Shown here: piece by piece, positions 1 to 9,595 of the stretch
Position numbering within the stretch: the stretch's first letter is position 1
How the letters are laid out: every line of letters begins with the position of its first letter
IMG/VR virus record: IMGVR_UViG_3300031820_000002
Span: 3,561-35,560 of that record
Source of the DNA: a virus
DNA: 32,000 nt
Strand: one strand, 5' to 3'
Notes under the pieces: generated by a model
The model's database searches: none
Told to the model about the DNA's origin: nothing
The model's input: the letters and a program-made list of their open reading frames with translations, nothing else
Translations under genes and position numbers: made by a program

Positions 1-789
1 CATTCCTTGCAGATCGTTGGCGTACGGGTTGCTGAAGCTGTTCAGATACCCTTCGCCACAACCGCCAACGGCAACCGAGTTGATACCGTTGATGCGGGCA
101 ACTCCACCGTTAACTCCTGGGCTCGATCCTCCGACGACGCTGCCTACACTTGCTGTTGAAATCGTCGAATTGCTTGCACCCCATCCCACCACAGTCGGAG
201 AAAAACCGACGCCAGGCGTCAGAACGCCTACGGTGTTACAGAATTCCAGCCCCCATGAGAATGACATTGTGGTGGCTCGGTAGACAAAAACACGGAATAG
301 TTTCTTGTCTGTTGTGGCCATCGCATGCCAGACGCGATCGAGCGACGCTGTGGCGTTGATCAGCGACTGAGCTGAGGCCATCACCTGTTCATCAGTTGCA
401 GTCGGTTGCTGGTTTGATGTGCCAGCTGGCGTGAATAATCCGCCCGGAGAGAACGAGATGCGTGCGACGTCATCCGTGTTGCCCTGATAGGTCAACAGGA
501 GATCGCAGCCGTTGCCATCGGTCAGTACTGCGAAAGACTGAGCTGCGCCAGCGATCGATGCTCTGGTCGTGACATTGGAGAATGTTGTCCATCGATCTGT
601 ATGATCAGATCCGCTGGTTGGACCCGTCGTGCCGTTGCACGTGTACTTGACCGTGTACCCCATCGTCGCAACGAGGAAGTTCTTCACGCCGAATAGCAAA
701 CGCGCCATCGTGTCATTCAGCGACACAAATGAGATCCGATTGTTCGGACTGAACAACCACGAATGCGTGACAGGCGGTAGATGCTGCAT
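1..789 (-). CDS. Fibre/receptor-binding-like protein, paralog 1 (C-terminus runs off the left edge)
   Basis: ATG at 789-787. Hand translation MQHLPPVTHSWLFSPNNRISFVSLNDTMARLLFGVKNFLVATMGYTVKYTCNGTTGP matches the N-termini of the next two genes. The frame stays open to position 1. Confidence 0.6.
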   Translation of the reverse strand, partial: MQHLPPVTHSWLFSPNNRISFVSLNDTMARLLFGVKNFLVATMGYTVKYTCNGTTGPTSGSDHTDRWTTFSNVTTRASIAGAAQSFAVLTDGNGCDLLLTYQGNTDDVARISFSPGGLFTPAGTSNQQPTATDEQVMASAQSLINATASLDRVWHAMATTDKKLFRVFVYRATTMSFSWGLEFCNTVGVLTPGVGFSPTVVGWGASNSTISTASVGSVVGGSSPGVNGGVARINGINSVAVGGCGEGYLNSFSNPYANDLQGM

Positions 790-795
790 CTTGAT

Positions 796-2163
796 CTACG
801 AAAGGATAACAGGACCGCCATTCCACGGATGGATGGCCGTTGCAAGCAACACCCATTGAGAAGTGCCGAAAACGTTTCCTTGCCCGGCGCCGAATGCCCA
901 GGCGGCGTAGCAATCGATTCGATCTCCGATTTTGCCCTGAAAGTTGGTGGTGCTTGAATAGAGACCTAACTGGGTAATTGGTGTGGCAGCTTCTAGATCT
1001 AGATTGGCCTCAGCCCAGATACCAATGAGGTTGGTTGAGTTTCCGAAATTATATCCACCACCGTTGGCGGGGATGTTTGAGCCAGAGAGACGTATACATC
1101 CTCCGGCTCCGTTGCCGACGCCGCCACTAATGATCAACACATGGCCGTTGGTGCCGCTGCTCAGGGTGGAGTTATTCGTTGCCCAGCCATACACCTTGGA
1201 AAGCCAAGTAAATGCAGTAATCGAGGAGTTGCATGCCTCAAGACCACCCCATCCGATCATCGCGTTTTGACGGTAGACAAAGAACCGGAATCCTTGTTTG
1301 TCTGTCGTGGCCATGATGTGCCAGATACGATCGCCGCTAGTCGTGGCGTTGATGACGGTACCTGTATTGCCAAAGCCTGACGAAGCCACGAAAATATCCG
1401 TAGAGTCGGTAGCGGTTGGCTGGTTGGTTGGCGTTCCAGCAGGTACGTATTTGGCTCCGTCGGAGAACGCAAAATAACATTTGTCGTCTGTGGTTCCCTG
1501 GTATGCGAGCAGAATGTCGACGCCAGATCCGCCGGTCAGCGTTGCTGTAGCAAACGATGCGTTTGCAGCTGTCTCCGTTGTCGCGATCGTATTGCCGTTG
1601 GGGCCACCTGTAATCGCAGTAAGACTGAGCGTGCTGGCGCCAGACGTTGCCGTGACGAACGTATTCGCCGTGGTAGCTGCCGCGTAGACCGTTCCAGATC
1701 CAGCGCCGAGGATGATTGCGTTGGCGAGGTTCGCCAACGAGTTGGCAGCCGTAGCTCCGATGAGCACATTTCCATCGACGTTCGTGAGAACGGTTTGGAA
1801 CGTGTACGTCTTTGTTCCTGTGGTGACCGTTTCGCCGTTGCTAAAGTTCGCCGTGGTGGTCAGCGTGCCGGTCGCTTGAACTGCGGTGTTCGAATCTGTG
1901 AGCACTATAAAAGACTGTGGGTTACCTGCGGCTGCTCCACGTGTGGTGCAAGATGAGAAGCTCAACCAGCGATCTGTGTGATCGTTTGCTGACGTTGGAC
2001 CCGTTGTGCCGTCACAGGAATATTTCACCGTGTAGCCAACCGTGCCAACGAGGAAGTTTTTGATTCCGAAAAGCAACCTCGCCATCGTATCGTTCAACGA
2101 CACGAACGAGATCCGGTTGTTTGTCGAGAACAGCCATGACTTTTGGAGTGCTGGTAGGGTCAT
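796..2163 (-). CDS. Fibre/receptor-binding-like protein, paralog 2 (455 aa)
   Basis: Long ORF rich in G/T/S/N/A. Shares the N-terminal ~65 aa (NNRISFVSLNDTMARLLFGIKNFLV..GYTVKY.CDGTTGPTS..DHTDRW). The function call is by composition only. Confidence 0.55.
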   Translation of the reverse strand: MTLPALQKSWLFSTNNRISFVSLNDTMARLLFGIKNFLVGTVGYTVKYSCDGTTGPTSANDHTDRWLSFSSCTTRGAAAGNPQSFIVLTDSNTAVQATGTLTTTANFSNGETVTTGTKTYTFQTVLTNVDGNVLIGATAANSLANLANAIILGAGSGTVYAAATTANTFVTATSGASTLSLTAITGGPNGNTIATTETAANASFATATLTGGSGVDILLAYQGTTDDKCYFAFSDGAKYVPAGTPTNQPTATDSTDIFVASSGFGNTGTVINATTSGDRIWHIMATTDKQGFRFFVYRQNAMIGWGGLEACNSSITAFTWLSKVYGWATNNSTLSSGTNGHVLIISGGVGNGAGGCIRLSGSNIPANGGGYNFGNSTNLIGIWAEANLDLEAATPITQLGLYSSTTNFQGKIGDRIDCYAAWAFGAGQGNVFGTSQWVLLATAIHPWNGGPVILS

Positions 2164-2167
2164 ATGT

Positions 2168-3133
2168 TCACGCGATTACCGGTGTTGTGGTGCCGTCCCA
2201 CGGTAGAATGTAAGAGCCGAGCCAAGCGAACTGAAGCGATCCAAAGGTATCGCCCTGTCCAAAGTTGTTCCCAGCTGGACTGCCCCAACAGTCAATTCGA
2301 TCGCATACACGACCAAACAGATTGGCTGTGTTGTTGTTGAAATACCCAGTAGGCACAATCGGCGAAAATGCCTGAAGCTCAGGTTGAGCAACGCTGATGT
2401 TCCAGGTTCCCTCGCCGCATCCAGTCATTTCGACGTTAGTTGCCGAGATGCGGGCGAAGCCTCGCTGGTTGGAGGCTGAATTTCCGAGCGGGCCACCGTT
2501 AGAGGTAAAGGTAGTTCCGCTTGATGCCCAGCCAACTACAGTCGGAGACCACACGAAGCTCGCAAGCATGTTTGGCTCGCGCACAACTTGTTCCACGCCA
2601 AAGCCGTAAAGGAATGTGCTGCTGCGGAAGATTTGGGTTCGGAAGATCTTCTTGTCGGTCGACGCCTGGATGCTCCAAACACGGTCGAGCGTTGCTGTGG
2701 CGTTGATGATCGTGATCGCGCTCAGAATGATCGCTTCATCAGTGGCTGTTGGCTGTTGGTTCGATGTGCCGGCTGGCGTGAACAGACCGCCGTTCGAAAA
2801 CGAAATGCGTGCGATGTCATCAGAGGCGCCTTGGTACGTAAGCATGATGTCAACGCCGTTTCCGTCTGTGAGCACGGCGAATGACTGAGCAGTGGTTGCG
2901 TTGGCTCCTCGTGTGGTGGCGTTCGAGAAGGTTGACCAACGATCGGTATGGTCGGCGCCACTCGTAGGCCCGGTCGTACCATCGCACGTGTACTTGACCG
3001 TGTACCCCATCGTTGCGACCAAGAAGTTTTTGATGCCGAAGAGGTACCTCGCCATCGTGTCGTTCAGCGACACGAATGAAATCCGGTTGTTGTTGCTGAA
3101 GCTGTAGGTTTTGACAAGTGTCGGTAGAGGCAT
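2168..3133 (-). CDS. Fibre/receptor-binding-like protein, paralog 3 (321 aa)
   Basis: Same conserved N-terminus plus shared QQPTATDE and LDRVW..TDKK.FR blocks. Lies 4 nt upstream of paralog 2. Confidence 0.55.
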   Translation of the reverse strand: MPLPTLVKTYSFSNNNRISFVSLNDTMARYLFGIKNFLVATMGYTVKYTCDGTTGPTSGADHTDRWSTFSNATTRGANATTAQSFAVLTDGNGVDIMLTYQGASDDIARISFSNGGLFTPAGTSNQQPTATDEAIILSAITIINATATLDRVWSIQASTDKKIFRTQIFRSSTFLYGFGVEQVVREPNMLASFVWSPTVVGWASSGTTFTSNGGPLGNSASNQRGFARISATNVEMTGCGEGTWNISVAQPELQAFSPIVPTGYFNNNTANLFGRVCDRIDCWGSPAGNNFGQGDTFGSLQFAWLGSYILPWDGTTTPVIA

Positions 3134-3385
3134 CGTGCTCCCCAGATCTTCAGATCACGTAGGCAGATCTGGTTATGGCACGTAAGCCCTGAATTGATCA
3201 AGCGACCATAACCCCAGCTAGGGATGTGATCAGCCGATCAACGGCCTCCAGTGGAGAAGTTGTGGAAGGCTGTGAAAAAGCTGTGACTACGCGAAATCGT
3301 TTGACAAGGAGGTGGTCGGGCAGTTAAGTGGCGCCCTCGTTATCAAATTCGCACGGCTGACTCGGGTGGGTCGGCCAAAGGATGA

Positions 3386-3715
3386 ATGAAGATGCTTGCT
3401 ACGATGACTGAACCAGCCGAATTCACTGACCAGGCCCCAGCAGTTGTAGGCCTCCAAAGCAACAGTGCGCAAACGCTTGCGTCCAAGATTGCCGACCACT
3501 TCGGCGAGGCGCTGACGAGTCTCTTCGGCCACGACCCGGTGTGCGACTTCCTGATCAACTCGATCAGGGACCACATCGAGGAGTGTGGCGTCGACGTCGA
3601 CTACAACGCTGCTGAGCTTCGCGAGAAGCTCGCTGACGTCTCGAACCTCTGCATGAAGCTCCACAACGTCGCGGGCAACATCAACCCACGTCGGTCAAAT
3701 CAAAGCGTGGCTTGA
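3386..3715 (+). CDS. Hypothetical acidic protein
   Basis: GC-rich third codon positions and an AGGA box upstream of the ATG. Preferred over the overlapping minus ORF 3287-3664. Confidence 0.5.
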   Translation: MKMLATMTEPAEFTDQAPAVVGLQSNSAQTLASKIADHFGEALTSLFGHDPVCDFLINSIRDHIEECGVDVDYNAAELREKLADVSNLCMKLHNVAGNINPRRSNQSVA

Positions 3716-4229
3716 CGAAGAATTCGTCCTGGTCCTTCAGGGTCCAGCGCTCCATGCGGAAGTCGATTCCATCTTCGCTTCCAGTCTTGAGCACAGAGTC
3801 CAACTTGAATCTGTGTTCGTACGGTGGGAAAAATACATCGCAGGTGTAGACGCCACTGACCTTCGTGATGATCAATTCTGAGCACTGGGGATGCTCGACG
3901 GCCATTGCGTAGACTTCGCCACCACCGATGACGAACGCCTTGCCAGCAGGCCACTGCAGGGCTTCGTCAAGGTTTGCCGCTGGTGTTGTTCCAGAGAAAT
4001 TTACGCCGCTGCGGGATAGGACGATGTTGATCCTGTTCGGCAGCGGCCTGAACTTGGGCGGAATCGAGTCCCAGGTTTTTCTGCCCATGATGACGGTGTT
4101 CAGCTCTGAACCCTCCGTCGTCAGCTCGCGGAAGTGCTTCATGTCCTCTTTGAGGCGCCATGAAAGGCCGTTGGCCTTGCCGATGCCACGCGCCTCATCG
4201 TGTGCGACGACGATCGTGAACCGCTGCAT
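3681..4229 (-). CDS. folA: Dihydrofolate reductase
   Basis: VVAHDEARGIGKANGLSWRLKEDMKHFRELTT, VIMGRKTWDSIP and FRPLPNRINIVLSR are typical DHFR motifs, and the length (182 aa) fits. Confidence 0.85.
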   Translation of the reverse strand: MQRFTIVVAHDEARGIGKANGLSWRLKEDMKHFRELTTEGSELNTVIMGRKTWDSIPPKFRPLPNRINIVLSRSGVNFSGTTPAANLDEALQWPAGKAFVIGGGEVYAMAVEHPQCSELIITKVSGVYTCDVFFPPYEHRFKLDSVLKTGSEDGIDFRMERWTLKDQDEFFVKPRFDLTDVG

Positions 4230-4907
4230 GGGCGCATTGGGGACGAGTCAGACCGATTTGTCAACGGGCACACGGGTCAAATCTGCAGTAGTATCAGGGC
4301 CGTGTATCCGATCGAGCAAGACGGACAATACTTCGTGCGATACGGAGTGGAGTCGTGGCTTGGCGGTCCCGAAGATGACCCCCTGACCATTCAGATCGAG
4401 GGTGTGATCTTGCACGCCTCTGAGGGAAATGAAGACGGTGACATCTGCGGGCGCATCAGGGCCCACGTCATGCTTGCAGAAACCAGAATGGATTCCGATG
4501 AATTCGACCGGAGCGCCTGGTCGGATGATGACGAACTGGACGATATTGCTCGGGCTGTGTTCTCACCGTCTGGCGCTTGGTCAGATTCGCTCAAATCTCT
4601 TTGGAGTGACATCAACAACATGGATGTCTTCGTAATTGAAGAGATATTCCTGGAGCGGCAATACCGTGGCGGAGGCTTAGGTCTGGCCATCGCCGAGCGA
4701 ACGCTCTCGTTGTTCTCTAGGGGATGCGGGCTGGCGGTAGTAAGTCCATGGCCAACAGAGGTGAAGAATCCCGGTGACGAAGATGAGATGCGATCTGCTC
4801 ACCGCAAGATTGGCAAATACTCCGAACGACTAGGATTTCGCCATCTACCCAATACTGATCTGTGGGCTAGATCGCTTGAGCATTCGATGATGCGGGACAG
4901 CAACTGA
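4200..4907 (+). CDS. GNAT-family N-acetyltransferase (start uncertain)
   Basis: The C-terminal FVIEEIFLERQYRGGGLGLAIAERTL matches GNAT motif A (R/Q-x-x-G-x-G/A). The listed ATG overlaps the folA start, so the true start may be downstream. Confidence 0.5.
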   Translation: MCDDDREPLHGRIGDESDRFVNGHTGQICSSIRAVYPIEQDGQYFVRYGVESWLGGPEDDPLTIQIEGVILHASEGNEDGDICGRIRAHVMLAETRMDSDEFDRSAWSDDDELDDIARAVFSPSGAWSDSLKSLWSDINNMDVFVIEEIFLERQYRGGGLGLAIAERTLSLFSRGCGLAVVSPWPTEVKNPGDEDEMRSAHRKIGKYSERLGFRHLPNTDLWARSLEHSMMRDSN

Positions 4908-4938
4908 CTATCAACTCCCTGGAATTCGAAACGTTTCC

Positions 4939-5208
4939 ATGGAGAAGTCAGAACCATTGATGGAGGTCCAGATGAAAGAAGAGATTCTGGCGCAAATCAG
5001 GTCGTTCGTGTTCCCGGACGTCTGTAGCAAGGTCTCAGCGATGATTGATCAATATCAACGCGAAAGACATGCGCTTCTCAAAGATCAAATCGAGCACCTT
5101 ACGAAGGCGCTCTCAATGATCAAAGAGGTGCCTGCTTCTGTTGAAGGGGCTAAGATGGCTCGTGGACTTGCCGAGGAAGCAATCTCGGTAATTTCTGCTG
5201 AGCAATGA
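4939..5208 (+). CDS. Hypothetical protein
   Basis: ORF of 89 aa with a 4-nt overlap onto the next gene (ATGA). Confidence 0.45.
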   Translation: MEKSEPLMEVQMKEEILAQIRSFVFPDVCSKVSAMIDQYQRERHALLKDQIEHLTKALSMIKEVPASVEGAKMARGLAEEAISVISAEQ

Positions 5209-5393
5209 GCGATCCAGAGATCAAAGCGCTTCTGGGCGACATTCTTCTCCAGATGAACCGTTTAGCTACGGCCATCGAGAGACAAAACACCTTGGCGGAG
5301 AGAGCCAACAAGTGTCCCAACTGTTCCGGCGACGGCAAAGGGTACGACGGTCTTCGTTGTATTCGATGTGGCGGGACCGGCGTTCGAAAATAG
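5205..5393 (+). CDS. Small DnaJ-type zinc-finger protein
   Basis: CPNCSGDGKG...RCIRCGGTG gives two CxxCxGxG repeats. Confidence 0.5.
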   Translation: MSDPEIKALLGDILLQMNRLATAIERQNTLAERANKCPNCSGDGKGYDGLRCIRCGGTGVRK

Positions 5394-5411
5394 ACGCAAG
5401 ATGTAGCGATC

Positions 5412-5699
5412 ATGGGTATCTGCGTGGGATACATCGGCTGGAGAACACCGAGGATTATGATGGACCTTCCAGCTGATGCCCAAAGCGATGAACAGGTCAT
5501 TTGGCCAAAGCCAAGTACAAAGCAGAGACTGATCTGCACTGGCTCGCGCACCGATCAGGACCCGGCGTTCATCACGTGTCACGGGTCATGCGGGAAACCG
5601 ACCATCCGCTGGACGATGCATCACGGGATTGGCTCGTCGATGTACAAGTGCGCCGATTGTGGGAACACCAGGCGTTGGGGATTCAAATTTTCGTTCTGA
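5412..5699 (+). CDS. Hypothetical Cys-rich protein
   Basis: ORF with CHGSCGK...CADCGN. The start may be the internal MMDLP. Confidence 0.35.
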   Translation: MGICVGYIGWRTPRIMMDLPADAQSDEQVIWPKPSTKQRLICTGSRTDQDPAFITCHGSCGKPTIRWTMHHGIGSSMYKCADCGNTRRWGFKFSF

Positions 5700-5712
5700 T
5701 ACGATCTCGTCC

Positions 5713-6036
5713 ATGGACGAAGTCAGAACGCCGCCGAGGAAGCTGACCGATCTGCATCCAATTTGGATGGGTGTTCACGGAAGCGATCGAAAGGGTGTAG
5801 CCCTTGCCTTCCAGTGTCCGTGCCTGGACCCTCAGTGCGCATGGGGCGGCCAAATCGTCGTCGACCTTGAGAACCCACTCGATGGCGGCGAACGAATGAG
5901 CTGGCGTGGTGTCGAGGCCAAGACCTACTGGCAGCGAACCGGAGAAACGTTCGAAACGTTGACCCTATCGCCATCCATCCATGCGGTTGGCCATTGGCAT
6001 GGTTGGGTTCGGGACGGTCAGGTCATCTCCGTGTGA
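5713..6036 (+). CDS. Hypothetical protein (DUF6527-like by recollection)
   Basis: Start trimmed to MDEVRT. Contains FQCPCLDPQC...TLSPSIHAVGHWHGWVRDGQV. Confidence 0.45.
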   Translation: MDEVRTPPRKLTDLHPIWMGVHGSDRKGVALAFQCPCLDPQCAWGGQIVVDLENPLDGGERMSWRGVEAKTYWQRTGETFETLTLSPSIHAVGHWHGWVRDGQVISV

Positions 6037-6040
6037 ACGT

Positions 6041-6048
6041 TTGACAAT
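6041..6048 (+). promoter_or_regulatory. -35-like TTGACAAT box
   Basis: TTGACAAT lies 28 nt upstream of the 6076 ATG, followed by an AT-rich TATAT stretch. Confidence 0.5.
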
Positions 6049-6075
6049 TTACTAATCCCCGTATATCGCAACAGA

Positions 6076-6390
6076 ATGGTTGATGTCCCGGATGATGAGG
6101 AGCTGCGCGGGGAATCTGAGATCTTCGACCTCTGGTTAGACCTCGAAAAACGCGTCGTTGAATTGGTCGACAGCATGGAACTGACCGACGAAGAGCTGCA
6201 CCGCATCGAGGTTAGGTGGCTCAGGATTGGCCGAGAACAGCATTCGGAAGGCCACGCAATGCACGCGCTCGTCAAACACGCGCTGGTCATCCGCAACCTT
6301 CGCAAAATGACCAGCATGATGAGACCAGGGGAAGAGATGGTCCCGCTGGTTGAATTGGCCGCGAGAATGCGCGGTAAGGGCGACGCCTAA
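6076..6390 (+). CDS. Hypothetical protein
   Basis: ORF of 104 aa directly downstream of a TTGACAAT box. Confidence 0.5.
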   Translation: MVDVPDDEELRGESEIFDLWLDLEKRVVELVDSMELTDEELHRIEVRWLRIGREQHSEGHAMHALVKHALVIRNLRKMTSMMRPGEEMVPLVELAARMRGKGDA

Positions 6391-6494
6391 GCCCTTGTGA
6401 CCTTATCGGATTTTCTGATAAGCGACCTATATCCGATTTCCTGATATTGCGGTAAGTTCATGCAGTCGGCTGGGCTTTTTATAAAAACCCAGTC

Positions 6495-6502
6495 TTGACA
6501 AT
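6495..6502 (+). promoter_or_regulatory. -35-like TTGACAAT box
   Basis: TTGACAAT upstream of the 6558 start. Confidence 0.5.
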
Positions 6503-6557
6503 CCGGTCCACTGATTGTTTGATGGGCCCTGGCGCCGTGACTACGGCCAGAGGCTCC

Positions 6558-6968
6558 ATGGCAGACAAGACGGAAAAGAAAGAATGCAAGGGCTGTCATC
6601 AGCCCAAGCCCCTTAAGGACTTTGTTAAGTCGAAGGTCGCGAAGAGCGGACGCCTCGGGTACTGCTACGAGTGCTGGTCGGGAATGGTCTCGCACAAGAA
6701 GGGCGGCCCGAAGAAGCACAAGCCCAAAATCAAGGGCAAGCACCGTGCGACGAAGAACAGCAAGCTCGTCGACATCGCCAACGATGCTCTAGCGGCTGCG
6801 AACAAGGGCAAGGAGCAGTTTCTGGTTCGAGCTGACGACCAAGAGGTGATCGTCTTCAAGAACGAACAGAAGGCGCTTCGTCAGGCCATGGAGTGGAAGA
6901 TGAAAGGCCACGCCGTCAGTGTTTGGCGGCAGTGCGAATTCGAGATGGTTCTCAGGATCATCGGGTAA
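6558..6968 (+). CDS. Hypothetical basic protein
   Basis: Start trimmed to MADKTEKK, with a GAGG box 5 nt upstream. Contains CKGCH...YCYECW cysteines. Confidence 0.5.
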   Translation: MADKTEKKECKGCHQPKPLKDFVKSKVAKSGRLGYCYECWSGMVSHKKGGPKKHKPKIKGKHRATKNSKLVDIANDALAAANKGKEQFLVRADDQEVIVFKNEQKALRQAMEWKMKGHAVSVWRQCEFEMVLRIIG

Positions 6969-6974
6969 GGAAAA

Positions 6975-7391
6975 ATGCGCGAAATCAGGCTCAAGGCATT
7001 TGCTCACGTGAACTTCAACAAGTCGGAGAAGACTCACTTCGCCGAGTTCATCAAGACGAAGTACGGGTCGACCATCCAGAAGGGCGAGGGCGTCCTCTTC
7101 ATCAGCCTCGGTGAGACCATGTATCAGTTCGTCGAGCCCCCGGAGGAGTGGGACTCGCGCAACGGCAACAACAAGAAGGTCCGAGTCAAGGTCATCGCCT
7201 CGCAGCGGTTCCGAATCGAGGGCACCAAGTGGAGCGTGCAGACGTTGCAGTACTGGGCGGAAAGAGCTGGCTATCGCATCATCGGGATCAAGCGCTTCGA
7301 GTGGTACCTCAAGGAGCGCATCCTCGAAGCCGCCAAGGAAGTGAAAAAGGAGTCCAGGGAAACCCGGCGCGATGTGAAAAAGGCTGCGTAA
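6975..7391 (+). CDS. Hypothetical protein
   Basis: ORF of 138 aa with coding-like composition. Confidence 0.5.
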   Translation: MREIRLKAFAHVNFNKSEKTHFAEFIKTKYGSTIQKGEGVLFISLGETMYQFVEPPEEWDSRNGNNKKVRVKVIASQRFRIEGTKWSVQTLQYWAERAGYRIIGIKRFEWYLKERILEAAKEVKKESRETRRDVKKAA

Positions 7392-7413
7392 GCGCTTGCG
7401 TGGATCCTGACCG

Positions 7414-7421
7414 TTGACAAT
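7414..7421 (+). promoter_or_regulatory. -35-like TTGACAAT box
   Basis: TTGACAAT with TGAGTAT about 17 nt downstream (extended -10-like). Confidence 0.5.
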
Positions 7422-7482
7422 CAGCGCTTGAGAGATGAGTATTTCCGGGCTATTCCACCGAAGATGGAAGCGATGGTGATGA

Positions 7483-7998
7483 ATGCCAGGTGCTGACTTT
7501 GATCCATTTCAGGGTCTAGACGAAGAAGAGAAGGCCTATCTCAACGGCCAAAAACAGGCTTTTGCGAAGCAGAAGGCTGTCCACGACGCTCACAACGCCG
7601 CAACCATGGGCGACGACGACCGACGCAGGGCAGCCGAAGAGCACATGCGCGCGACTCAGATTGCGGCTGGGATGACCCCAACCGACCCGGCCAAGCTGCC
7701 GCCTACCCCAAGAGCGGCTGCGACACCTGGAAACATCTCAATCTTGATTGCCAGGCCGGATTCGGCGCCAAACAGTCTGCCGTCAACGACTGAGAAGTTT
7801 GCGCCTGACTGGGCGGCAATGAAGGAAATCATCGCCAAATACGACGGGACCTGGGTCGTCGCCCAACACGAATTCCTTGGCAACGTTTCGAACATTCTCG
7901 GCTTCTTTGGAAAGGAAGGCTGGGAGAAGCCGGCCGAATCCGAGAAACAGAAGTTCGAGGTCATCGTCAAGAATGGTCGGGTCTTTAGAACCGACTAG
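7483..7998 (+). CDS. Hypothetical protein
   Basis: ORF of 171 aa. Confidence 0.5.
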   Translation: MPGADFDPFQGLDEEEKAYLNGQKQAFAKQKAVHDAHNAATMGDDDRRRAAEEHMRATQIAAGMTPTDPAKLPPTPRAAATPGNISILIARPDSAPNSLPSTTEKFAPDWAAMKEIIAKYDGTWVVAQHEFLGNVSNILGFFGKEGWEKPAESEKQKFEVIVKNGRVFRTD

Positions 7999-8051
7999 GC
8001 TGAGTCGTACATCTGTAGACTCTGTGGTCAGTTCAGCTATAAGATCTGCCA

Positions 8052-8399
8052 TTGATGAGACCAAGCGATGCGTTGAGAAAAGTTGCCGAGACGATCTCAA
8101 GGAAAAAGAACGCCGCTGCGGTTGTTGTTCCCAGAAAGATCGCTGTCGTTCTTGCTGATGAGATGTACCAGCCGATGTACGACGGATTCGATAACGTCAT
8201 CGACCGAGCCCGAGCAAAGTACATGCAGCTCGTAGAGCAAGGCGGTTACATAGGCACCATCATGCAGATGCCGATGGTGGTCGCCGATGACGTCGTCATC
8301 TGCTCGTTGACTGAGCAGGAGCTACGGGAATCTGCCTCAAGGCTCGGAGTCGACATGGCCGAGCTACAACGTGATCTCATGCGAGTTGGAGCTGCCTGA
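8052..8399 (+). CDS. Hypothetical protein
   Basis: ORF of 115 aa. Its stop overlaps the next start (TGATG). Confidence 0.5.
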   Translation: MMRPSDALRKVAETISRKKNAAAVVVPRKIAVVLADEMYQPMYDGFDNVIDRARAKYMQLVEQGGYIGTIMQMPMVVADDVVICSLTEQELRESASRLGVDMAELQRDLMRVGAA

Positions 8400-8872
8400 T
8401 GTGGTCTAGGCCTGGTTGCATCAAAGATCCCATCCAGCCGACCGAACGCCTCCTGCCGACACGCGGCAGCGACCATCACGCGTTTGTGGACATGCTGTTC
8501 CTATGGGGGGATCCCAACCAGGACGACCAGAACTTCCGGGCCGTGGTTCTCCCACACGGGTTCTCGCTGACCAAGGTGTCGGATGGTCAATGGGATGTCA
8601 GGGACGTTTCCGATTTTACTAGAGCATCGGTCAGCGTTCCTGGTGGAAAATTGATTCCATCGATCGTGCCACTCAAGCGATTTTCGTATAATTCTCACGC
8701 CGTAGACCGATTTTTCATCGGAACAGTGACCGATTGGTCTGCGATCGTCTACCGGACGCAAAGGCTGTCTACGCAGACGGAAGCAATAGCAGCTGCAAAG
8801 AAATGGCTTGATGACCACAAGCCAAAATGGGATAGCTACATATCTGCAGTCAATTTCGAGAGACGCCCTTAG
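8399..8872 (+). CDS. Hypothetical protein
   Basis: ORF of 157 aa, translationally coupled to the previous gene. Confidence 0.5.
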   Translation: MWSRPGCIKDPIQPTERLLPTRGSDHHAFVDMLFLWGDPNQDDQNFRAVVLPHGFSLTKVSDGQWDVRDVSDFTRASVSVPGGKLIPSIVPLKRFSYNSHAVDRFFIGTVTDWSAIVYRTQRLSTQTEAIAAAKKWLDDHKPKWDSYISAVNFERRP

Positions 8873-8903
8873 ATCTTAGACAGGCGACTCTCTTTTCTTC
8901 CAA

Positions 8904-9269
8904 ATGAGAGTTGCTATTGTAGGCTCAAGAGGTTACTCAGACCTGGACGCTGTGGTCGATTACGTTAATTCCTTGCCCGAAGACACCGTGGTGATCTCGG
9001 GCGGCGCAAAAGGAGTAGACCAAGCCGCAGAGACTGCGGCCAGGCGTCGAGGTCTTGAGATGGTCGTCCATTTGGCCGACTGGGAGGCTTTTGGCAAAGC
9101 GGCAGGCCAAATTCGCAACCAAAAGGTCGTTGATGACTGTGAGAAATTGGTGGCCTTTTGGGATGGCGTAAGTCCTGGCACAAAAGGAGCAATTTCGATG
9201 GCTTCTAAGGCTGGGAAGCTGGAAAAGGTCTTCAGAGAGAAGAACCCAAACCAAGGGTCGCTCTTTTAG
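8904..9269 (+). CDS. SLOG/DUF2493-like Rossmann-fold protein
   Basis: MRVAIVGSRGY...VVISGGAKGVDQAAE...LVAFWDGVSPGTKG fits the pattern of phage SLOG (DprA/LOG-like) proteins. Confidence 0.55.
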   Translation: MRVAIVGSRGYSDLDAVVDYVNSLPEDTVVISGGAKGVDQAAETAARRRGLEMVVHLADWEAFGKAAGQIRNQKVVDDCEKLVAFWDGVSPGTKGAISMASKAGKLEKVFREKNPNQGSLF

Positions 9270-9273
9270 AGTA

Positions 9274-9281
9274 TTGACAAT
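9274..9281 (+). promoter_or_regulatory. -35-like TTGACAAT box
   Basis: TTGACAAT followed by AAATAAT about 17 nt downstream. Confidence 0.5.
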
Positions 9282-9308
9282 TCTTTTGTTAAGAAAAATA
9301 ATCCAACT

Positions 9309-9527
9309 GTGAGCTACTCTCAGAGAGACATGAAATGGATGGCGCTAGGCGAAATCGGCGCCTTCGTTGTAGGTCTCGCAGTTGCCATCTTCGCCGTGAT
9401 GTTCTTCAGCGATCTAATCACGCCCATGAAGATTGCGGTTTTTCTGGCTGCCTGGTTTCAGGCGACCAAGCTTGGCCTCTGGTTCATTCACCTCGGCTAT
9501 GACCCGAAGGCGAACCAGACCTCATGA
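9309..9527 (+). CDS. Small membrane protein
   Basis: GTG start with two hydrophobic segments (IGAFVVGLAVAIFAVMFF, IAVFLAAWFQATKLGLWFI). Confidence 0.45.
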   Translation: MSYSQRDMKWMALGEIGAFVVGLAVAIFAVMFFSDLITPMKIAVFLAAWFQATKLGLWFIHLGYDPKANQTS

Positions 9528-9595
9528 TTTGAGTTACCGTTGGCAACTTTGACCAACGGATGATTACGTGGTAACGCAACAGAGGAGACAGAGCT

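Noticed and set aside
1-3133. Diversity-generating retroelement acting on the variable fibre-like paralogs.
   Set aside because: No reverse transcriptase or template repeat is visible in the window. Divergence is spread over whole C-terminal domains rather than adenine-specific positions.
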